From Convolutriloba macropyga (Eukaryota): 64,000 nt of DNA. Where the stretch lies: assembly GCF_964194025.1 (NCBI RefSeq), contig NC_134468.1:40920001-40984000 (forward strand), read 5' to 3'. Below, piece by piece: positions 27,691 to 40,999 of the stretch (the first letter of the stretch is position 1; each line of letters begins with the position of its first letter). The position numbers and the translations under genes are program-made. Under the pieces are notes generated by a model. It saw only the letters and a program-made list of their open reading frames with translations, searched no databases and was not told the DNA's origin.

Positions 27691-27940
27691 AAAGAAAAAC
27701 TAACAAGATCCTTTTCTTGGGAATAAAAAAAATGAAAAAAGCGACTTGATCGAGGACTATTTTATAATAGTTAATTATCTATTAGACTGTTTTAGTGTTA
27801 ATTATCATGCCAAGCATATTGCATGATAATTAACACTAAAACAGTCTAATAGATAATTAACTATTATAAAATAGTCCTCGATCAAGTCGCTTTTTTCATT
27901 TTTTTTATTCCCAAGAAAAGGATCTTGTTAGTTTTTCTTT
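27691..27940. repeat. Perfect palindrome, 120-bp arms, 10-bp spacer
   Basis: 27691-27810 is the exact reverse complement of 27821-27940 (checked in 10-base blocks); spacer CAAGCATATT. Confidence 0.97.
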
Positions 27941-28339
27941 TAGGTCTTTTTGTATATCGGTTCAAAATCAAGAATCTGTCGAGAAATCTATTTCAAGCAT
28001 TTTGACCATTAAACAAAAAACGTTATCAGGGGTCCAATTAGAACACTCTTCAAGTAGGTTCGAAAAAAATTGATTCAAAGAAAAAAACTTTTTAGACCAC
28101 TTTTCATCTATTGGTTCACTTTAACAGAAGTGCCGTTCTGCCAGCTATTATAATACGAGACATGTTAAAATTGTGTGTCAATATAATAAACGCGCGAAAA
28201 CTTTATTTATCTGCATATAAATTTATTAATTGACAGATATAGGTTCAAACAGATAAATTTTCGGATCCAAACTTTTGTGTACATATCTTGAAAAATTTTG
28301 CAAGACTCTCCCTTGATAAGCGTCCTGTGCGAGAATCCG

Positions 28340-29083
28340 GATAGATCTTGCAATATAACTCTCTGAAATTCGACTAGCGGTGTCATTCTCGGATCGACTC
28401 TGTTTTCTTAGGAATTTTTCATTTCTTCGACAAAGATGTAAATCGGCCAAAATTGGCTGAACAAAGCAAAAGTCGGGCTTTTGTTCTTAGCCGCAAAATT
28501 TGAGACGTTTGGAAGAGTAATGGCAATATAATGTGAAAGATAAAAATAACTAGCAGTGAATCACAAAATAACAGCCTTTTTCTCAACATTCATTTACAAA
28601 ACAAAGTTTTTTCTGAAAAAAAACATTTATTTGTTCCAACCTCTCTTGAGGGGGTGGAATTATATACTCAACTGGGTTTCTTTTGTTCGAACAAATTTGA
28701 CCGATAGATCTTGATAGATCTTGCAATATAACAGTCTGAAATCCAACTAGAGATGGAATTCTCGGATTGACTGTTTTCTTAGGAATTTTTCATTTCTTCG
28801 ACAAAGATGTTAATCGGCCAAAATTGGATGAACAAAGCAAAAGTCGGGCTTCCTAAAAATTCTTAGCCGCAAAATTTGAGAGGTTTGGAAGAGTAATGGC
28901 AATATAATGTGAAAGATAAAAATAACTGGCAGTGAATAACAAAATAACAGCCTTTTTCTCAACATTGATTTACAGAACAAAGTTTTTTTTTCTGAAAAAA
29001 ACATATATTTGTTCCGACCTCTCTTGGGGGTGGAACTATATACTCAACTGGGTTTCTTTTGTTCGGACAATTTTGACCGATCG
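28340..29083. repeat. ~370-bp tandem duplication including the 5' tip of Helentron-like copy 3
   Basis: ATAGATCTTGCAATATAAC... at 28341 and 28714; the element 5' end appears at both 28631 and 29008. Confidence 0.88.
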
Positions 29084-31604
29084 ATATATTCATCCTAGAT
29101 AGTTGTGAGTGGTATAATTGAAAAGCCCGTCCAGCGTAGAATATGGAATTAAAAATATTTTTTTTAATTTCGTTATATAGAGCAAGTTATCGTGGTTTAA
29201 ATTTTTGTAAAAACTAGAACGATTTCAGTTATTTTATTCACATTTTCGGGAATTTTTGCCTAAAATTTTGTCAATTTTTGTTTAATTTTGTAGAAATTGT
29301 TAACAATAGTACTGTTGATTTCTTTTAAAGACAAAAAATTAATGTTGACTGTTTTTATTTAATTTTTTAGGCTGAAAACATTGGTTAAATAATTTAAAAT
29401 TCAACCTGTTTAATCAAAAATGCCCAAAAGAAGCTTATTTAGTCCACTTTGTTTAAATTTACCGGAAGTACACATACAAAAAACAACTAACTCAACCATT
29501 GTAAACTATAGGAGGGAGCTAGTCCTACTTCTACTTCCAATGAGAGTACTCTGGAATTAAAATTTCCCTTTTTCTGCTAACTTTATTCTTTGATTATCAA
29601 AAACGCAGCATTTAATTTCGATTTTTTAATTAACAAATGATCTAGATCCATAGCATTCGAAAGAATTGAGTGTTATTAATGGATGAACAGCAATAGCAGG
29701 GCTGGTTTTGGTCCATTCTTGGACTGTTACAATCCAAAAACAATTCGGATTGTAATCAGTCGGTCTTTTTTAAAAGAAAATTGATCTTTTTTAGGTTTGT
29801 TAGAAAAAGAACAATTCAAGTCAAAGCTTAGTGTTGATAGGTCCAATTGGCTTTATAAGCAGTTCAATGTTGATGTATCTAGTTTCTTTACACGAGAGAT
29901 TTTGGTCATTTTGACTTTTAGAAATGTTTGGTTTTTAAATAAACGTTGACTTATTGAACTTTACTACATTTATTTTCTTAATTTGGTTGCTTGTAGCTTA
30001 GTGTCAGCGAAGAAAGAACGCTTCCTCTTCCTTTTGTTCTACTGAAATAAAATTTAATCTTTTTTGTTATTCAAAATTTTTGTGTTAAGTTATGATTTTC
30101 TGGCTTTGGTACTACTAGGTTTCACAATTTTTTTGACTTTTTGAGAATTGGCCAATTTTTGTACGTTTTTTTTCTGGTTTATGTCACACTATCACAATCT
30201 TGACAGTTCACATATCACATTATTGGCGTTCAAAAAAAGTACAATTGATAATATAAAACTTTTGATAGGCATAGATTTTTTTAACATTTTTCTCTAACTG
30301 TCGTTTTACTTTCTCTTTTTAGTCGTATGACTTTTCCTAGGTTTTGACAGGTCTCGTTAGCTATTTCTGGAAAAACATATGAGCCTTTTTTTATTTGAGT
30401 AGATAGCTGATGATTCTCATGCCTTTCAAAACATTTTTTTAACTTTTTTCTTTTTTTCCTTTTGTTACCTAGTATCGATTATTACACTCATATATGACAT
30501 TATGATTGCCAAGAGGAGGTTCAACTGTAAAATTTCTAATGTTTTTAATGATCTCGTTATGAATTTACTGGCTTCGACATAGGTTTTTCACTGGAGAAAT
30601 TAAACTAAATTTTTGATTTTTGTCTAAAATTGACACTCTTTCTGTAGACGTTACACATACTCTGAATAATTACAGGCCTCAAGGCCTTCCTTTGGACAAT
30701 AAAACTAATCTATTTAATGATTTTATTTTGTAGCTAATGACTTTCATATTTTTGAAAATAACTGTTTTTGAAAAATATGAAAGTATTACTTATTTTGCTT
30801 TTCTTTTCTTTTTGTCTACTTATTTCCTTTTTTCATTACAGAGAGCATGTATACCACATTATTTGAGCTCAATGAAAGCTCGATTGAACATAATTTGAGG
30901 GACAAAATTTGCTTTTACCGCTTCGACAGCGATTTCTTGCAAATTTTATTTGAACTTTTGTTTGTTGTCTCTTTTTGTTGTTCTTTTTGTAACAGCATGA
31001 AAAATTCACTGAAGACAATTTTTAATGCCCTCCTATAGAGGCATATGTGATCATAAAAATGTTGGTTGTTTTCGTTCGCTATCTATTGGTTTTCACTACT
31101 TTGAAACTATTTTCTTAAAAAAACTTGAGCCAATTTTTTCAGTTTTTTCTGTCAAAACTTTTGTTTTTTGTTCTTTTTTGTCTAATTATTACCGAGCCTT
31201 ATTATGGAGTGGTCCCATATCTTCTCGTGTGAACTTGTTGTTTTGTTTAGTTTCAGTTCTATCTGATCTAGCTATTTTGACCTTGCTAATAAGTTTTTTT
31301 AAAAAAAAATGGACATAAAGTTTTGGATGCAATTATTGTTTGTTGTTATTGGTGTTTGATTTTCTTGTTCGTCTTGACTTGGTTTTTTAGTAATGGCTGG
31401 TTTCATCAATCTAATGCGGCATTTTTTACTCAACTGAGTTATCTACGTTGGAGGCAATCTTTTTATTCATACACATTTTTTTGAAAACTTGAATTTTTGG
31501 GGTTTTCTCTCTGTTCCTCATTTGGTAGATTTTTATGCCAAAAATGCGGATGAGTGGAGTCGGAACTTTGTGTGCGAACGCACATTACCGAGCCGTGTTT
31601 TGTT
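29008..31604 (+). mobile_element. Non-autonomous Helentron/DINE-1-like element, copy 3 (~2.6 kb)
   Basis: 5' TTTGTTCCGACCTCTCTTGGGGG; 3' GGAGTCGGAAC...TGTGCGAACGCACA...CCGAGCC...TTGTT; first ~200 bp nearly identical to copy 2. Confidence 0.82.
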
Positions 31605-32639
31605 ATGATTTCAATGAGCTTTTTGCAATGAGAAAAGTTCAATGAGGTGTATATTTCATAAAATTTTCTAAGAACAGTAAAATCATAGCAATTTATTATA
31701 GAAGAGATTCCTGTACATATATGATGGAACTGAACACTTGAATAATAAACCGATAAAATTCAATTCATCATTTCTTCAGAAGATAATTTGTCGAATTATT
31801 ATAGTAATAATGACCATTATAACCAATACTAGAAGTAACTTGCTCAGACTTGAAATAAAACTCATAATAGTTCGTTTTTGAGTGGTGACAACAAAGCTTT
31901 CGTTTGCTGGTTTACAGATAGCGCCATACAATCGTCTGTGCTGTTTAAAGTGAGATGTGAAATTTAGAAATTTAGCTCGATAGAAGGCTTGATTGACTCT
32001 TGATATGCAAATAAGCAATGCAATCCACCCTCGCTCTCCTCTGTTCGTTAATTGGTTGTGGTTATTAAGAGGGAATCCTCTGCTCATTGGGAAAATGAGG
32101 CGGTAGATGGGAAGCAATGTGGCATCTCGAAATCGAATTGGGTAAATCAATTAACTCCCCCTTTGCAATCAATTAACTGCCCGTAGCTATAAATGGCTGT
32201 CGTGGTAAGTGAAATCAAGAAATTATGTTGTAGGCTATGTTGTAAAATAGGATGCCATTCAAGGCTGTTGTAGAAATAATGCACAATGAAAGTGAGGTTT
32301 AGTACAAGAATGCCGACATTTCAGTTAGTTTGCCACGCCAAAAAGGTTCGAGTTATATTTGAAATATCCGAACTGATGGCACTCAATGCGTTAAAATTGA
32401 CCCAGATTCTTGAATTGCGAGTTTCTTCTATCTAGTTTCACGCTCTGGTGCAATTTTATAGCGCGTTTACCGCAAATCTGATGCAAAAAAAAATTGATAC
32501 GAAAATCTTTCCATAGTGTTTCAAGAAAAATCGTCTTGTCAAGATCTGGTGCGGTATTTTTGCAAAAGCTGTCAATATCTTGCATAACACGGCATGGTGT
32601 ATCAAGTTTTACTTCACTGGGTATCCAATGACAATTTCA

Positions 32640-34870
32640 ATTAGACCTCAATTAAAGAAAATCAACAATAAAGTTAGGCTCGATCACTAATTTTGAAAGT
32701 TGATCAAGCAAGAAGTCATTATTTCATACTTTTTCAAGCGTCCCACTTCTTTTCAAGATTTCACATTTCATATCACACTAGACTTTGAACTTAATCAGTT
32801 TTTCGCTCACTTTTCACACTTGTCTCGAAAAGTTCAACTTTATAAAATGGTATAAAAGGAGCAATCAACTGAGCAAACTTCTTGGAAAAAATACTTGAAA
32901 GCCTTAAGGCAAGTTTCTTGGAAAATTTTATTGGAAGCCCAATTTTTTCTCATGAGACAAAGCATACAATTTTCAAAAACTATTAAAGCAGATAATTGAA
33001 AACAGGAAACAGTCACATAATATGACAACTTCGGCAACGAGGACTTTTTTAAGGTCTATAATTGAGTCGATATAAAGAAAAATTTTTATAAATTGCTCGT
33101 TTTTAAAAAACCACAAATATTGACGATGAGAGTGACACAATAGAGCCGGCTGACGACCTCTGCGATCCATTCGCTCCTACAATAATATCAAAAAATTCAA
33201 AAATTTTATTTGGGTTGAACGAGTATTCAATTGTTGGATTGATTCGCTGCACGAGAATTGCAATGTTACAATAAATTTAAATTGAATTCTCTCCGAGTTT
33301 TGAACAGCAAAATCTAGGTCTAAATAAATTAGAATATAGTTCTGGGGAGCCTTCGGCAATTCGAGCTCAGCCTCGGGTGCATTGAGCTGTAATTGCCTTA
33401 GGCTTCCAAGAACTATACTCTAACATATACTTAATTATTTAATTGTTTATCGATCCGGTGTTGTGCATCTATCGCAACCTCAAGAAAACAAAGAACTTTC
33501 ATTAAACGAAGTGACTCCGTTGCAAAGGCTTGAATATACGGGTCAGTTGTACCCGCAACAATAGCTGAGATTAAAAATATCTGTTGCTATGTGAACAACT
33601 AAGAAAGAATATTACCAGAGTTAGAAAACCCAGGGTACGATTTCATCGGTCATTATAACTTCAAGGCAGAGAACTTAGTGTTAAAGATTGAACTTGGACC
33701 TAAAGAAATGATAGACTTTTTTGCCTTCAACTTATTGTCCTATGGGAAATTAAGTCTAGGAAAAAATAAACTTGAAAATCTAATTCTTGACACTTGAATC
33801 AAATCGCTATAAATAATCTACTGCTTCGCTATCGGAGACGGTAATGTTTGGTTTATTTCAACACCTGTATTTTTCAAAAAGGAAACTTTTTCTCACTAGT
33901 GTGTTACTAGTGTGTTAAGTGTAATTTACACTTAACTTCAATTTCAATTGAAATTCAACACATTCGTACCCTTTGGTTCTCTAAAAACTTTAAAACAAAA
34001 TTTTAGTCCACCTCGGGCCATGTGTTCAGCACTTTTGCTCAAGCGCCTTCGTATCAGGGTGCTGAGTCCCTTGGACCACTAAATGTTGTTCTAACATCTA
34101 CTTAGACCTCAACTTCGCTATTAAAAATCAACCACTAACTTCGACAGTTCTAACAAAAAGTGAGGTCTTCATACTTTTCAAGAGTTCACGTTCGATATCA
34201 CTCTATATTTCGAACTTAATCAGTTCTACGGTCACATTACACACCGTATCGCAGAAATCAATCAGGCGAAATCGTTAGAAAAAACAATCAACTGAGATTG
34301 ATTCTTGGATTCTTGAAAAAAATTTCGGGTGGCTTAAATGATGTTTTTAGAAATTTTGTTGGAAGCGAAAATTATCTCGAGAGAAAAAGCATTCAGTTTT
34401 CAAAGATAATCCGGGTGGAGAGTTAGAATTGCAAAAAAGTTCATAGAAAAAACAGCTTGGAAAGAGGATTTTTTTAAGTTCTATAATTCGTTCGAAGTAA
34501 AATCATATTATGCTCATTTTCTCAAAAAGAAAAAGTAACATTGAGAGTGACTCAAACAACTTAACAGTTGCAATTTGGAAGGAAAATTGGCTTTATCTGG
34601 CATGCAGAAAGATCATGAAGAACTAGAAACAGGAGGGAAAAACATACAAAATTAATCCAAAGAAAAAACTGGTTGGTGAAAAAGGACTCATTTGCAATAT
34701 GAAGAATTGCAATGTTACTGTAAAACTCAATTGAATTCTCTCCCTAAAATTTAAACAAGAAATTTGGGTTCCAAATAAGTTAAAGTATATTTATGGGAAG
34801 CCGTCGGCAATTTGAGCTCAGCATAAGTCGCATGAGCCCTCAGCTCGAGCTCCAATGGCCTTAGATTTTC
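32640..34870. repeat. Two diverged ~770-bp direct repeats (32640-33423, 34102-34870), the first ending in a long hairpin
   Basis: Collinear blocks TTAGACCTCAA, TTCATACTTTT, GAACTTAATCAGTT, CAATCAACTGAG, GAATTGCAATGTTAC, CGGCAATT.GAGCTCAGC occur in both copies. Confidence 0.7.
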
Positions 34871-35874
34871 CGAATCTTTTTCGTTTGTGCATTCCAGCTT
34901 AGTGGCTGCATGTTATTTGCAATCACCAGAGGCACGTGCTGTATTTTTAGATCATGAGTTAACTATGTAAAGACACGTGCTCTGTAACTGGGGATGCAAA
35001 ACGTACTGGGGGCACAAACGGCAAAAACGCCATAATTTTCCAGAACTTTACTCTAAACTGCAATTGTTACCGCCATCGCGAAGTTTTTAAACTTCGAGGC
35101 AATTCCGAGTTCTTAATTAAAAATGAGATAGCGATAAATAAAAGTTAAAAAGAAAAATTAATGCCCGTTTAACTTAAGAACACGATGGCGTTTTTGCCAG
35201 CGTCTTGGGCACAAGGCATTGGGGTGACTCCGACTTTCGTTCCAACATACTTAGAGAATCAAAAGGTAAAAGATAGTCGCTTTATGTCGACACGTGAGAG
35301 AAAAAAGCAACTATGTTCAGCAAGCAAAATTAAACATAAGAAGTCAACTTTGTGGGAAGCAAATATATCTACTGGATACGTTTTTTCTCATGAGACTGAG
35401 AACTATTGGACTACGTTGAGCTGCCTCAAAAATTTTGTGCCTGACTTTTTTTCACTTAATTCTCGAACGACTTTGTCGTATTTTTTTTACAGAACACGTA
35501 TTTATAGATCACGAGTAAAACATTGTGGAAAAATATACCACGAGCGTTGAGGTGGAGTGCAAATAATATGCAGCCTAAGCTGGGGGGCACAAACGGACAA
35601 TATCCTTTATTTTAAGTTAGTTCTCAAGGGTCACCAAAGCAATCAGTGCATACTATCAATTTTTTTGCTTGCACAATTTTCGCAGATCATTATAATTTTC
35701 GTTGGCGAGAAGAGAGTAGAGTAAAAAAAGTCTAAACCCAAAGCAAAGTTTTGCTACTATTTCCTTTTTCCGTAGTACCCATCAAGTTTTTAATCAGGTA
35801 AGATATCCAACTCTTACCGCAGCGAGAGTTGCAGTATAGTATTAGTTACGTAACTGTAATTGAATGACAACCAA

Positions 35875-38800
35875 TTGTTCTGACCCCCACTTAAGTGGGG
35901 AGGGAGGAACTATATTATCAAACGGTTTTTTTTGTTCAGAGAATTTTGGCCGATCGATATATTTATGGTACAGCGCTGTGAGTGGTATCATTACAAAGCC
36001 CATCCAGCGTAAAAAATGGAAATAAAAAGATTTTTTTGACATTCGCTTTTTTAATGAGTTAACGAAAATTAAAGTTCTGTGAATAATAGAATTATTTCCG
36101 TTGTTTTTATTCACATTTTCCGGAATTTTTGCCTTGATTTTTGTCTGTATGGCTAAAAAATGTTAAAAACGTTATAAAAAACCTCTTGTTGGTTTGTTTT
36201 CTGAACTTAAACGAGTGTTGACGAACCTTCATCTAATTAATATTCTGGCTCAAACTTTTGGAACCATTTTCAAAAAATCAGCTTTTTTTTCATAAAGATT
36301 GCAAGAAATAAGCTTCTGCAGTCATATCTGCTAAAATTTACCGGTAGCGAACACCTGAAAAGTGATGACACAAATTGAATCGCCTCAAGCGAGATGCAAC
36401 ATACGTCTCTGCTTTCATTGAAAGGTTTCTGGGTTTGAAATGTGACCGGTTTTTAGCTAATATAACTCGATAATTATACATACAGCTTAAATTTTATCTG
36501 ATAATTGAGTTATTTGTCAAATTAAATATATCCATTAAACTGAAAACCATTGCATGTTCTTAGGGAACGAAAAGTAATGGCCAGGCTGGATTCGGTCTGA
36601 CCTTTGATTCTCACATAAAAAAAATCCGGATTGTAATCAGTGGCTGTCTTCTTTCTAAAAAAAAATTATTGCCTTTTTATGCTCTTTTCAGAAAAGAACA
36701 TTTTCACCTCTCACTATTTCCATCTCTAATTGGCTTCAGAAGCAATTGCCTAGTGGTGTTTTTACTATTTTAGTCGAAAGCTTTTTGTCGTTTTGGCTCT
36801 TGAAACCATTTGTTTTCAAAGTAAACAATGAATTATAGAGCTTGGCCACTTTTTTTCCCTTGTCATGGTCAACTTTTAGCTTAGTTTCAGCAACGAGACC
36901 ACGCAAGTTCTAGCTAATTAGAATTTAATATCTTTTCTGGCTTTGGGCTTTCAAAAATTGTTTTCTGTCTTCGATACTACAAGTTTCTCAAAAAACTCTG
37001 ATTTTTGGACATTTGCCCGTTTATCCTTTTCTGGTTATGTCACATTATCAAATTAGTGATTAGCCACTTATCTCTTCATTGTTGTTCAAAACTTAGGCTA
37101 TAAAGAACATATAACATTTTCAGGAAATGATTACTGTTTTAGCGGATTCGACACCGCTTTGTAGAAGAATTTAATGCAATTTTTTCACTTTGTCTTTAAT
37201 TGCCTTTCTATTGTAGTCGTATGAAAATTTCTGAATATAAAGAAATTTCAATGCCTTGTTGTGGAAGAAAAAATGGGTCTTTCTTCTGATTTAGTAGTTA
37301 GCTGATGGTTTTCATGACTTAGAAGATAATTTTCTCAAGAGATGTAAAGGAATCTTTTGTTTTACTTTTTCATCTTATGCTCTTTTTGTTTATTTGTTAC
37401 CTAATCTCATTAATCATAAATCAGAAATTACAACCTAAAGTTAAAAAAGCGCAGTATGAGATATCTTTTTCTAAATTGAAAAGATAATGGTTTCAACTGC
37501 TTCGACAACGGTTTTTAGCAAAAAAAAATTTTTTTTTTGATTTTTGACTGTAATTAAAGAAATTTTTTTACATATGACAAACGTTGTGTAGTGCCAGCGC
37601 CCAGTGGCTTCTTTAGTAGACTAAACAAAAATATTCAAATGTTTCTCGCATATCATCATTCATCTTTTTACTGTTGACAAGTTTTCACAAATTTAAAAGT
37701 AATTGTTTTAAAAAAAAAGTTATTTTTTGCGTATCTTTTGTTTTTTTTTGTTTCCAAGTCGCAAATTTATTGGACGCATATTACTTTTTCAAGATTGAAG
37801 TAAAATGCAATTGAATTAACTAACTTTTTACTGAAATTATGATCTTAACGGCTTCGACACGGTGTTTACCGAAAGAAAAATTAAATCATTTTTCGGTTTT
37901 TGTCTGTTTGATTTTCTTTTCGTTCACATATGACAAATATTGATTGACGACATGTTTCAATGGTTTTTCATTAGACGCATTATTTGATCTCAGCTGATGA
38001 TTTCAATTGGTAGCAGATGGTTTTCATGACTTTGGGTAATATTGTTTTCAAATAAAACTTGTATTTCTTGACATTCCATCTTCTGTACTTTTTGTCTATT
38101 TTCGTTAATTACCAATTCTTGTTATTTACACGTCACACTTCACAAATTTGGCGTCTGAAAAAGGCGCTGTTGAACATATCTAAAGTTTTCAGCGAAATGA
38201 TTATGGTTATAACGAGTATAACATCAGTTTTTCGAATTTTTTTATTTTTGATTTTTGCCTGTATTTAAAATTATTTTTTGTTAACGCATGACATTATCTG
38301 AAGAATTACAGATCTCAAGGGCTTCTATTGGACGAATAAATGAAGCTGTCTAACAATTTTAGTTTAATGCTGATTATTTTGTTATTTTTGAAAGTAAGTG
38401 TTTTAAAAAATTAATTTTCAATTTTGCATCTTCTGTTGTTTATTGCCTATTGTTGTCTATTGTTATTATTCACAGGTCACATACCACATTGATGGCATGA
38501 AGTGGAAGCGATATTTAATGGAGCTAATATTATAAATGATGTCTTTATGATTTTAACGGCTACGACAGGTTTTTCGAAAGATATTTGTTTTTTTTTGTCT
38601 GTACTGACGTTCTTTTTGTAAACGTAGGTAGCACATAATCTGATGAAAAAAGTCTCCATGGCCGCGTTTAGAAAATTATACAACTTAAACTTAATTATGT
38701 GTTCAATTTATAGCTACCAATTTTCATTACTTTTAAATTAAATGTTTTCTAAAATACAGTTGTTGTTTTCACTTTCCTCTTTTATTGTCTGCTTGTTAGT

Positions 38801-39577
38801 CTCATTCATGAGTGGTCACATATCATTTTACTGGAGTTCAAAAAATGTCTAAACAAGCGTTTTTCAGGCTTCGAAACCGACCTTCTTAGGCTTCTTCAGA
38901 ACGGTTTCTACACCGTTTCGTCTTAGTAAAAAATTTTTTTTTAGTTTTTGTTTTTCTGTATTTGTTTTTTTTTGTAGTCGCATGAAAAAAATCTTAATAA
39001 TGTCAGATCTCAATGTATTATCCAAAGGAGTTATAAGTGTTTGTAATACGAACGTATTCAATGGTTCCACTTCATGTCTAATGGCTTTGTTTACTATTTG
39101 TTTAACCAATTGTTTCCAAATACTATGAGCGTAAATTTTAAGTTAGCCGCTTTTGTTGTTTCTGTCTTTTTGTTGCAGAGTCTCATTAAGGACCAGTTCC
39201 AAATCTTTTATAGTGCTGAACAATGAACTCGTCATTTGTTCAGTTTTGGTTTTAACTGACGTTATTTAGTATTTGTTATTAATTTTTGTACAAATAGAAA
39301 TTGAGTTTTGGATGTCGCTAATGTTTGATTTTGTTGTTTGTCTTGTCTCGTATTCTCAATAATGGCAAATCTCCACGGCCCTCTAAAGCGGTGTTTTTTG
39401 AAGTTCCAATGAGTTTCTTTGATTGGAATTGAATTTTTATGCATACACCATTTATTAATACTGGAGCTTTTGAAAGTTTTCTATCCCTTCCCCATTTGTT
39501 ACACAATTAAGCCGAAAATGTGGTTGAGAGGGGTCGGAACATTATGTGCGAACGCACATTACTGAGCCTCCTTGTTT
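35875..39577 (+). mobile_element. Non-autonomous Helentron/DINE-1-like element, copy 4 (~3.7 kb)
   Basis: 5' TTGTTCTGACCCCCACTTAAGTGGGG; 3' GGGGTCGGAAC...ATGTGCGAACGCACAT...GAGCCTCCTTGTTT; longer because of more internal ~350-bp repeats. Confidence 0.85.
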
Positions 39578-40512
39578 AAAATATTATATCGTTTTCGCTT
39601 ATGACTCCCAGCTTAGTGGGTAATATTATTTGCACTCATCTCCCCCTGACGCACTCTAGTTTTCATGCCCGTTTGCTGATGCCGCAGCGCAAAATTCTCA
39701 ATTTCTAAATCTTCCAATAGAAATCTCGAATTCAAAAATCGTAAGCGTTCATAATTAACACACGGATTGATTAATTCAGCGTTAACACGTTAACTCAGCT
39801 TTGATGTTCGCTTAGCGGGTTTTTGATATTTTATCGTTTGATTTGAGGGCAACGATATCTGATACCTGATTAGCAAAAATAGGTGAAAATTGTGTAGGTC
39901 GAGGAACAGTATTTTAGTAAAAAAAAATTTGAAGCCAATAGTGATCTTTGCTGAACAGATCTTTGCTGAACACCGTGATCTTAGTTTTATAGAATTTTCG
40001 TTTTGATGGGTCGATTTCCAACATATATAAAATGTTTTGGGTTTTTTTCTCAAAATAGAAAAAGAAATAGTTTACCTGAAAGTTCTGGCGTAGATTATTC
40101 CTCAACAAATCCAACAAATTGTGCTCTATTACTATAAAATTTGCCTATGTCATAGTTTTTATCTCCAAAGCAAAAAATACTGTTGAAAAATCAATATTTT
40201 ATGAGTTGCTAATGCTATACATGTAAGCCATAAAAGTGAAATAAATCATATTTCCTTTTTCAACTCCCGCTATTTTTAAGCGGGCTCAGCGAGGAATTAA
40301 AGATGACAGGAAATCAGGGAATCTGCTGGACAAAGTTTGAAAGGAATATATAATGTTCTGTTTCGTTGACCCTATTTTTTGTTACTTTAATGAAACATTT
40401 TGGGTCAACTACTGAAAAAAAGGCCTTGTGTTTTCCTTTTCAATCATAAATGAAAATTGTAATAGCTTATAAATTTAATGTATTATATTGCTTTAGTATT
40501 AGTGAAAATATA

Positions 40513-40930
40513 CCCCTGGACGAGAGAGAATGACTATCATGTATGATTTTGCAAGATTCTTGCAAAAGTTGAATATCTTTAGACAAAATTTCTTCCCACA
40601 AAATTCAGAAGAATTTTTGACAAATTTTTGACAAATTCGGACAAAAGGTGATTGGCTGTCTTGTAAAATACTTGCAAATTCCTTTCAGCTCCGATGCACT
40701 CGTGTTGATACTTCTGTGCGTATTATTCTTCGTTGAGCGCATTGAAATCTTTGAAATGGTCGCATATATCCGAGTTATTTTAACGTAGTAATTTATTAAT
40801 CTTGTAAGAACGTTATGTTTTAATATCTTACAATATTTTTGAGAGAATCTGACAAGATAAATACTTTTGTCTTATTTATTTTGAAAGATTCTGTGGAAAG
40901 TATTGTAAGATCTTACACGATAACCATTCT
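40513..40930. mobile_element. Degenerate MITE with TCTTGCAAGA-rich inverted ends
   Basis: Left AGAATGACTATCATGTATGATTTTGCAA matches the reverse complement of the right end (AGAATGGTTATCGTGTAAGATCTTACAA); the outermost right terminus is missing. Confidence 0.5.
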
Positions 40931-40999
40931 AATGGCCCCAAACTTGCTACAATAAGCGATAGTTGTTTTTGGATGATTTCCCAATAAGCCTAATCTCTA

